From Intoshia linei (Eukaryota > Animalia > Orthonectida): a stretch of 49,631 nt of DNA. Within the stretch, counting starts at the first letter, position 1. Each line of letters begins with the position of its first letter. This document shows positions 27,010 through 36,171 of the stretch, piece after piece. The notes beneath the pieces are model-generated. The model made no database searches and was not told the origin of the DNA. It saw only the letters and a list, made by a program, of their open reading frames with translations. The stretch is from positions 1 through 49,631 of the forward strand of contig LWCA01000126.1 of assembly GCA_001642005.1 (NCBI GenBank), read 5' to 3'. The position numbers and the translations under genes were made by a program.

Positions 27010-29972
27010 TTAAACGCTAGGTTTTGAGTACGCCATAATATCATTGTATTGATCTTTATCATCCGTTTTATCTGATTCTACATACACATTTGTTTTAGGC
27101 GGAAATTCGAAATGTTCCTCCTCCTTGAAGTCATGTATAGTAACTACATCTGGTCTTTGTATTTCCACACCCTCTTTTGGATCATAAGGTAACATTATCT
27201 TTATTCTCATGCCCAAAACACCTAATTTTGATTTAGATATTTATCAAATATTTCATATTAAATTATATTTCAAATTGCAAGTTGCAACCTTAAAATTATA
27301 TATAAATTAAATTAAGGCTCCGCCCAACCAATCCCGCATAGAGATATAGGTCATATAATAATACTATAATATCAATATATCAAATAGCTTAGAATCGGTC
27401 CTCAAATTTTTCTCGAATCACATAAAATACAATCACTAAAAACATTACTAAATATTACCATTACATTATTTTACGTTTTTAGTTCAAAGTTTAATTGTAA
27501 TTATACAATTTTTGTTGCGGACCTGAATTTACGAAGTTCTAGCTTAGAATCTTGTCAGATCATTTAATAATTAATTAGACAATACTAAACTTATTTTTAT
27601 AAAAATTTCTTTAACTCAGTCCAAACCGCGAAGTTTAAAAGTTCATGAATAACAGCCTTTAACTAAATATAATTTAAATATTGGTTGATAATATATTCAA
27701 AATTATTTTTCACAGGGAATGCGTAGATTTCTGGGGTTGAAAGTTTGTATTTATATCAACTGGAATAAGCTGTGTCAGAATAATCTGTTTTTTTAATTGC
27801 AGGACCGTTAATTATTTCAAATTTTTGGTATTATAAAATACTTTCGAAATATAAAAAAATTAACATTAAAGTACTTTTTTGACCGTGACGGCGTCACTGT
27901 ATCAGATTGAAATTTTTTTGAGGTTACCATTTATGATAACGGTTATGATTTTAAAACATATCCCAGAGTTTCTGTTTTATAAAATTTTAGTACATGTTTC
28001 ATTTTTTAACCATAGGTAATATGTGGTTTTGACTATGAAGGTGTGCGTTTCCGAGGTTAAGATTTACGACAATGTTAAATATTTTAAAACGCGTCCCATA
28101 ATGTATTTTTTATTAAATTTTTGGGCCGATTTTTTTTAAACAAAAGGGAAACTTGAGTTTTTGACCCTGAAAGACTCTAATTCAGAAACTGAAAAAAAGA
28201 TATAAATAAGCTCTGAGAAAAACTGTATTTTAAATCACAGAAATTAGGTTTTTAAATTCTACGACTGGCAATTTTTTAAATAAACGGTAACACACACAGA
28301 CATTCAATTTTATATAACTAAAGAATGTAAACGGCGTAAAGTTTTAAAAATACAAATTTCTAATATTTCTAATAGTTTTTCGAGATTGAGGTTTTATCGA
28401 AAATTACATTTTCAGAAATCGAGTCCTTCAGCATCAAAACCCAAATTACCCCTTTTTTTAAAATAAAATGAGTCTTAGAATTTAAAAAAATATACATTCT
28501 GATCAGATTTTTAAACTACAAAATCTTATATCTTACGAGCTAAAACATCAAATTATTTTGTCAAATAAAAATCAAATATAAAAAGCTAAAGCATAGAATT
28601 TTAAAAAATATTAAATTTAATTCTGCTTTTTCCAAGTAACAAACATAAAAAATTTCAATTCCACAAAGTTCAGCCTTCACAGTCAAAAAGGCAAACTTAC
28701 TATTTACTCTTTTTTTTTAAAATAAGTTAATTAAATTTAATTTACAATAAATTGTTAATCTGAAATAACTGGTATATGGTAAAACAAGTGTAGAAACGAC
28801 TCCCTTAAAGGTTTGGCAATTGTGATATGTTTATATAAGATTCTTTTATTTAATTTATTTTTTGGTAGAATTAAAAAAGTCCGCACCCTACTGAGGTAGA
28901 TATTACTTCTATGAAGCACATATCAGCCAACCTAGTGATAAAATAAAACAAAATACCTTGTTTCATACTAATGTGTTGGACAGCATTACTTACATAATAC
29001 TTTGTATGATGTCCACTGTGTATCATCAAACCATCACAAAATTTCATAGACCGAGCTCGCTGTCCTCTAAGTTTACCAGAAATGACAATTTCGACACCGA
29101 CAGCTCCACTTTCCATAATGAATCGTAGTATACCATAACACGCTCTAAACAAATGTTAGTTTTAAAAAGTTCTAGTACATGGCTTTTTAACCTTTTTCCA
29201 CTTTGGCACATTTTAATTAAAAAAAAAAAAAAAAGGAAAAATTGTGTTTTTGCCCCTAAAGAACTCAAATTCGGAAAATGACATTTTGGATACTGCATCA
29301 GTGATCACCCTTGAAAAACTGTACAGTAATACCTCGCTATATTATAAATCGAATTTTTTGAATTTGAGCACTTTTAATTTTTTAAAAAAACGATAACAGA
29401 CAGACACCATATAAGTTTGATAAAATTTTACTTTATTTTCGAAACTTTATTCAATTTAAAAAATGTGAATAAATAAAGTGATATTTATAAAAAAAATTCT
29501 GGTACCCTCAACTAGTTTGGCACCTCAGGTTAAGAACCACTGTTCTAATATAAAAACCGTCTAGCCATCAAGCCTCCCTTCAACTTGTACTTTAAAGATT
29601 CACATTGAGCAACAGCACATAAACCCCTCGGTTTAACTTGAGCGACATTAATCTGATTGGATATTAATATGAAATTAATGATACATACTTCAATTTTTTC
29701 CAAATTAAACCGTTTCTGCATAAATATTTGGAGTTCAGTCAAAAATATACGATCATCTGACATTAATCCCTGAACTTTAGTCAAATGAATAATAACTTGT
29801 AATGTATCTTTAAGTTGCAACAATTCACAATGACTGTATCCATATTCTGACAATTCGCGTTTTATCAATTCGTCAACTTCTGCATGTCGTAGCCCCCGTT
29901 CAACAAACTAAAATTTACTAGTGTGGCTATTTTTATTATTACTATTCTTTTAACATTACAAGCAGAGTCCAT
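27010..29972 (-). CDS. RPS3: 40S ribosomal protein S3 (uS3), highly divergent N-terminal half
   Basis: Five exons: 29972-29943 [10 protein letters not shown]; 29907-~29689 [25 protein letters not shown]...QKRF; ~29652-29558 [24 protein letters not shown]; ~29144-28958 [44 protein letters not shown]; ~27221-27010 [14 protein letters not shown]...PSV*. Confidence 0.95.
27640..28935. mobile_element. Cluster of diverged Helitron-family fragments in RPS3 intron 4
   Basis: Minus-strand copy with its 5' end near 28324 and the shared GGGAATGCGTAGATTTCTGGGGTTGAAA block; plus-strand copy ending in ...GAAGCACATATCAGCCAACCTAG|T at 28935. Confidence 0.65.
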
Positions 29973-32455
29973 GATTGCAAAAAATGTTTTAAATAATTAA
30001 ATTGTTAACAATTTTTAATAAAATTAAATTTTATATTTTTATTGATGGTGTGTAGAAATTTGGAAATTTACTTTAGTAACCTGAAATACTTTTAATTAAT
30101 TTTTAAAACATTCAGTCACTATAAAAATACACTCTCAATCATACTTTCGACTAGACTTTGATGAAAGACAAAAGGGCATAACGCATGCATTGATTTTAAT
30201 GTTCAAATTCATCTTCTAATATTAATGCATCGTGATTAATGACCAATCAAAATGTTTCAGACGTGATATTTTGCATTAGACATTAATTTAGATTCTAAAT
30301 TCTAATTTTTAAAACAATGTTTCATAAATTAGTGCATTGACATTGAATTAGGTTGACCATATTTTTGTCGTAGTAAAAGTAGTACTTTTATTGCTTAAAA
30401 ACAAAATATATTTTTGATTAATTTTTCAATCGAAAAATGAACATTTAAAGTTAAATTTCAATTTATAAGTTTATTTAGTTTTGAAAAGTACGTCGAAAAT
30501 ACGACTTTGGAACAGTGCAAAAAGTCGTACTTTATCTATAATCGTACTTCTGGTCGCACTAATTAAATTTAAAAAATTAGTAAACATAGATTCAGATTTT
30601 GTTTGGTGTTCATCATGAACCGTACTTAAATATTAAATAAATATATGCCGAATCTGTTTGCAGTCATACATTTTTTCACATATTTATATCGCAGACACTC
30701 TTTTATGTACAAAACACAACACAAGTTTTGAGATAATTTTACTACATTTTTTGCTAAAAATTAAAATTCAAAATTTAAATGAATTAAAAAAGTGGTATAC
30801 TTTTCATCTTGTATAAAAAAAACAACAGAAATTTACACCCTGTGCTCAAGTGAAGTGGTAGCCTTGGGTTATCTAGCAGGTATGTTTAATAATTTAAATA
30901 CGGGATGGAAAAAACTTTAATTTTTGTCAACCATAAATTCAAGTAAAACACTCTAAATTATATTATATTAGATTTTCACCTATATTTTTTTATTAGAAAT
31001 GTGTAGAATTATTTAGAAAGAAATATTTACATTTTTAATTAAAATCGAAATATTTGAAAAATATTGGGTTATAATATATTAAAAATTATTTTTCACCGGG
31101 AATGCGTAGATTTCTGGGATTGAAATTTTGTATTTATATCAACTGGAATAAACTCTATCAGAATAATCTTTTGTTAGGATTCCTAACTTAGGATATATTC
31201 AGGGTGGTCAAGTCATCGCATACCAATAATAAAAAATGACAACGAAAATAATTAGCTACAAAATGTATATTAATTGAATCAGAAGAGAAGATAAAAAATA
31301 CAAATTGTTAATAAAAATGCGTAATCATCAATAATTAAATATGAATTAATTGAACCGATACATGATAAAGTTATCTAAAAATTCATTATACAATTGTGTT
31401 TCATTCCAATCATTTTACAATTATATTACAACTTTTATTACTTTGAAATGTTATATAAAGATCAATACGAAGCCAATGTCAGTTTATTTTGCGGAATGCC
31501 TAAGGTTAAAGAATTCGGCATTTTTGCTTAATTCATAATGTTCAAATTTAGGTTTGCCACTTGTGTCGTTTGCATTTTACTCAGAATGACTGTTGCGTAC
31601 TATTTACATATGACAAAAAACACTTTCATTTTCATCAAGGATGTCTCATGTGCAAAGTATGCAATCAAAATGTGATAAATGATAGAACGTTTTATAGGTA
31701 TCATTATGTTCGTGTATGACTGAGGAATTTTCATATACAGGATTGTGATAGATGAGAAACACCAGTAAGCCCGATTAAATAAACATTTCAAGCCACACGC
31801 AGGACATATTATGCACTTTCTGCTCCTTTTGTGTGCTCTTTACACTTCACTGGTCATCTTATATATACTGACTTAAATATAAAATTAATCATAATTTTAG
31901 AGATAATTCTGTTTTCTGTAATAATCACTACAATGAGTAATTAATTTTATACATTTTTATTATAATTATAAGCAATATTCCAATGTGCAGTACTAAAATT
32001 AAATATAACAATTTAATTCAATACATTGGAAAAAAGGTATTATGAACCGTTTTGAAAAAAGATACGTTTTTTTCAGAACTGAAAAAGTTATCAATGATAA
32101 CTTAGACTTATAAAAACAAAATGTTAATCAGATTACTACGGAAACTGAACAGTTTTGAAAAAATCTTAAAAAATAAATAAACCTTTCCGACGCCTCAAAG
32201 ATTGAAAAAAATTAATATTCCACTTTACTTTGTTTGTACTGTTAAAGGGTTGAAAATAGTATGTTCCAAAAGTAGAGTTCGTAAAATCAGACTACCTTTC
32301 CAAAAACTGTTCGTTTATGTAGTGATATATAATATCACCATGAAGATTGAAGTTGATATCTATTGTTATTTATCTATATTATCAACCTAAGTTAAATTTA
32401 CTTGTTCTATTAAAAGCTCTTATTTATATCTTACTAATTATACTACAGTTTAATC

Positions 32456-32849
32456 AAGTGGTTCCCGATTCAAATAGTGTACGGACCTCCATTTCAAAAT
32501 ATTTATTTTTTTGACCCCAAAGGAAACATGAAATATGTAACATTCATGAAAAAAATAAAGATTTTTTCTCATAAGATTTGGTGAAATCGAATTTTTTAAA
32601 AAAGTATCGGTAAAAGTCGATTTTTCCTTGATGATTTTAAATGGTAATTTTTATTAAATTTTATTAATTTTGGGATTTTTTAAATAATATGTAGAGGTCA
32701 TCTAGGCTTTAGGGTAAATTCACAACATCTGGCAACTCTATGATAAGTATTAAAAATTCTAAAATTAAACAAAAGTTGATAAAGTTTTTTATATTTTATT
32801 TGAATCTCACGGATACTAGAAGTCCAGGGACTCCAATCGGGAACAACTG
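32456..32849. mobile_element. hAT-type MITE
   Basis: TIRs AAGTGGTTCCCGATT / AATCGGGAACAACTG with 8-bp TSD GTTTAATC. Confidence 0.8.
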
Positions 32850-32923
32850 GTTTAATCTGATATTATTGTTTTACATATTTTTATTTACATGTTTATTTGT
32901 TAATACATTACATAATAACTTAG

Positions 32924-34389
32924 AAAATATCAACTAAACTGCAGTGCTTGCAATAAATGCATCCGTGCAGACGATTGGTGTAAAATAATCGGGACAAATT
33001 ATTTTCATATATCCTGTTTGAATTGTTTTCATTGCAAAGAACATATTACAGATTATATTCACTGTTCGTTTAATAACGGTTACTTATTTTGTGGAAAACA
33101 TCCAGAGCTTAGTCAAACTCAACCAGGTATACTTCAAAGTTTAAACTAGTGACCTCACCCTTTTAGGATGACATCAAATTTTTATAATGATTTTGTTTCT
33201 CATTGCTCGTGAGTCACCAGACACGGTTCACGAACACTCACGTGAGTAAAATGTCAGCAACTATACAGTATAAACGAAACTAATACAATAATTCTGTAAT
33301 ACAGTAGAAACCGCTTATAATGACTACATAATATGTAGTAAATATATCATAAAAATTTTGATAACTATAAAGCATCGTTTCTTAACCTCTTTTCAATTGA
33401 GCGCACTTGCAATCAATATAAAAAATTATATTTTTGGTGTGCTTACTGAAAATCTTATATCCTTTACTTATATAAAATTGAATGTCTGTTGATTTATAGA
33501 ATGAACAGTCGTAGAATTAAAAAACCCACTTTCTAATACTAATCTTTTTATCTAAGTTATTTTCAGAAATTGAGTCTTTCAGGAGCAAAAATCTATTTTG
33601 ATTTTATTGTTAAAAATAAAATCAACCCAAAATTTTAAAAAAACTTAAATTCTGAGACGCGTTTTAAAATAATGAACATTATCGTAAATAAAAGAAGAAG
33701 ATAAAAATAAATTAATTAATTATTATAATATTTATATTTAATAAATTTCTTTTATCAGCCTCAGAAATGTACATTTTCATAGTCAAAACTCTAAATTATC
33801 CTTTGTTTTAAAAATAAAAATTTTAAAGTCCTAAAATGTTATAAAACGTAAATTATAATATCATAAGCATTATGATAAATGGCAATTTCAAAAAAGTACA
33901 TTATCACGATCAAACGTCCACAATGCTTTTTTTTAAAATATGAAAAGTCCCAGCTCCTTAAAAAAATTATATTCAGTTAACACGCAAAAAATGACGTGTT
34001 GGAATATGTGGTTATATTGTTGAAATACCCTGTAAACATTGTTTATTTATTGTTAAATAATTATTTTAGTTGTAAAAAATAAAACTAGAAGAGCTAGAAC
34101 ACATATAAGTCGCAGCAAAGTGAAGGTTTTGGAGGAATGTTTCAACGTAGAACAAATCCCAAATAGAGCTAGATTAAGTGCGATAGCTGACATGACATCT
34201 TTGAGTTATCGATTAGTAAAAGTTTGGCATCAAGTAATTTAATTTTATTATAAAAATTTTATCATACGTATATTGAAAATTGAATTTAAGTAAAGCTACA
34301 TTTAGAATAAAAGAGCTAGTGAGAGACGTATATCTAGAAATGTTGCTATATTAGGATCTAAAAATATAGTATCTTCTAATCAGAAATAG
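32924..34389 (+). CDS. Divergent LIM-homeobox protein (probable Lhx6/8 paralogue); 5' exons not found
   Basis: LIM exon 32924-33126 KYQLNCSACNKCIRADDWCKIIGTNYFHISCLNCFHCKEHI...LFCGKH; homeodomain exon 34070-34233 KTRRARTHISRSKVKVLEECFNVEQIPNRARLSAIADMTSLSYRLVKVWHQ; last exon 34306-34389 NKRASERR...QK*. Confidence 0.82.
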
Positions 34390-34940
34390 GAGCCCGAAAT
34401 CTTCCCATTCAAGATCCCATAAAAATCTACGCAAATTCAATATAATTATTGAATTGTATATTTGTACATTAAAATCTTATTAAATGTTTTATTTTTTACA
34501 TTTCGTATGGGTTTTACTTTTTGAAAAATACAAAAAAAACGACTTTTTTGATACAAATAAGTCTTAATTATAAGTTCAACTGTACAGTGTACACAATAGC
34601 TAAATTAATAATTAATGTGTTTCAAAAAATCTTAGTTAGATATTATCTGTTACCCTGAGTGGTTAGCGACCAGTGGCAATCATAATGAAGATATATTCAT
34701 CTCATTAACTATAGTAAACATCTAACGATGGAGCTAGAAATTTAAACACCAGGAAAACGCGTTCCATGTTAAAAAGTAATTACCTTATATTTTCTAGCTG
34801 AAATGATTAATAATAAAGTTAGTGTTGGTACTTATATGACGTTACCAGATAAACTGTTTGTGAATTTTGTCGTAATATGAAAAATCGTTTATTGATTAGA
34901 TTTCTTAAACTGTAGTTAAAATAAAAATAAAATTATTTAT

Positions 34941-35308
34941 ATGGATACAAAAGAAGTTACAGAGTCGACCGTTATCACCGAAACGGAAACCCAAACAGTA
35001 GAAGAAACAGAAACACCAGAAATCGTGACTAATTAAAAACATAATTGTATCTATCAATTTAGTCGATTTTAAGACTTGAAACAAACCAACCTTCAACATC
35101 TCAAAACGTTCAATGGACTGACGATACAATAGACAATGAACATTTGAACAAAAAAAAATCAAAATGTATAAACTTAATTGTTATTATATGTACAATTTAA
35201 TTAGGCTGCTGTATATATCGAAAGCCGCATAAATTTGGTGAATCAGGTTCTGACAGCGAAGATGATGACTGTAAAAATTGCAGAGGCCACAAGAACCCTC
35301 AAAAATGA
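34941..35308 (+). CDS. PPP1R11: Protein phosphatase 1 inhibitor-3 (PPP1R11/Ypi1)
   Basis: Three exons giving MDTKEVTESTVITETET...SILRLET...QNVQWTDDTIDNEHLNKKKSKCCCIYRKPHKFGESGSDSEDDDC, with the signature VxWTxDTxDNEHxxxxxSKCCCIY. Confidence 0.93.
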
Positions 35309-35344
35309 TAAAACTTTTTAAAGTAAATTTATTACGTTGAAAGT

Positions 35345-36076
35345 TTAAACGTTTGTTACAAAATCTGTGATTGGTTCAATTTCAATTTCTTCACTTTTTA
35401 CATGTTTTCTTGTCTTGGCGTTGTGTTTGTATAATTTGATTCGATATAGAATGTATGCCAATAAAAAATGCAAAAGTATTACCGAAACCACGATTGTTAG
35501 AGTGATGAATGTACTGGTACAAATTATAGGAATTGTTGATATGTAGCGTAAACATGATTGAACGTGTTGGATTTTATTGATATAAATATCTGAGTCTATA
35601 AAAGAAATTTTTATATCATGTTTGATCATAGATGCGTGGACGCAGAGTTCGTACTTTGTGTTTGATTCCAATTGGCTAGCCTTGTACAGCGTTGTGGCGC
35701 TAGACAGTTCTGATGTATACGCAGTGATATTTCCTTCTTTTCGAATAATTACTTTATAAGCTTTCACATATTCGTACAAGGGTATTTGCTCCGTTTTCAT
35801 ATTGCTTTCTCTTGAAATTGACATTACGGTATAATTTTTAAATACAACTTCATTTATGAAAATTTGAGGATGCAGTTTTAAATACCAAGAAAAGATCAAA
35901 CAGTTTGTACTACGAGATATGACTTCAATGTGCAATGACAATTTGTAATATTTGGAAACCCTATCATAACTATAATTCATTGTTGAAATTGTTGTTGCAG
36001 GTGCAATGTCTATTAAAAGGCTATCAGTTTGCAATAAAGCATCTCTAATTAGAACGAAAATAATTATTTTCATCAT
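35345..36076 (-). CDS. Single-pass type I membrane protein with a fibronectin type III-like domain (intronless, 243 aa)
   Basis: Signal-like MMKIIIFVLIRDALL; FN3-like YKVIIRK...YKASQLESNTKYELCVHA; transmembrane helix FITLTIVVSVILLHFLLAYILY followed by basic RIKLYKHNAKTRK; ends in VTNV. Confidence 0.75.
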   Translation of the reverse strand: MMKIIIFVLIRDALLQTDSLLIDIAPATTISTMNYSYDRVSKYYKLSLHIEVISRSTNCLIFSWYLKLHPQIFINEVVFKNYTVMSISRESNMKTEQIPLYEYVKAYKVIIRKEGNITAYTSELSSATTLYKASQLESNTKYELCVHASMIKHDIKISFIDSDIYINKIQHVQSCLRYISTIPIICTSTFITLTIVVSVILLHFLLAYILYRIKLYKHNAKTRKHVKSEEIEIEPITDFVTNV

Positions 36077-36171
36077 AAATTGAGAAAAATGTAAAGTATT
36101 ATATTACAAAATACTAGTTAAAATTTATCAAAATATACAATTTACAAACTCAGTTTCCTGTTGTAATGTTT

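Noticed and set aside
28865-28940. Possible intronic snoRNA (U15-like) or Pol III RNA in an RPS3 intron
   Set aside because: No C/D boxes in proper arrangement; the sequence is a diverged copy of the Helitron 3' end finishing in CTAG|T.
31400-31850. Coding-like stretch, possibly a degraded hAT transposase (FAHETSL resembles CxAHxLxL)
   Set aside because: Too many stops and too little motif support to call.
30600-32400. Possible LIM1/5' exons of the second LIM-homeobox gene (CRIC, FH..CLYC and DIYC fragments)
   Set aside because: The fragments are in different frames with stops and lack coherent splice sites, so they cannot be supported.
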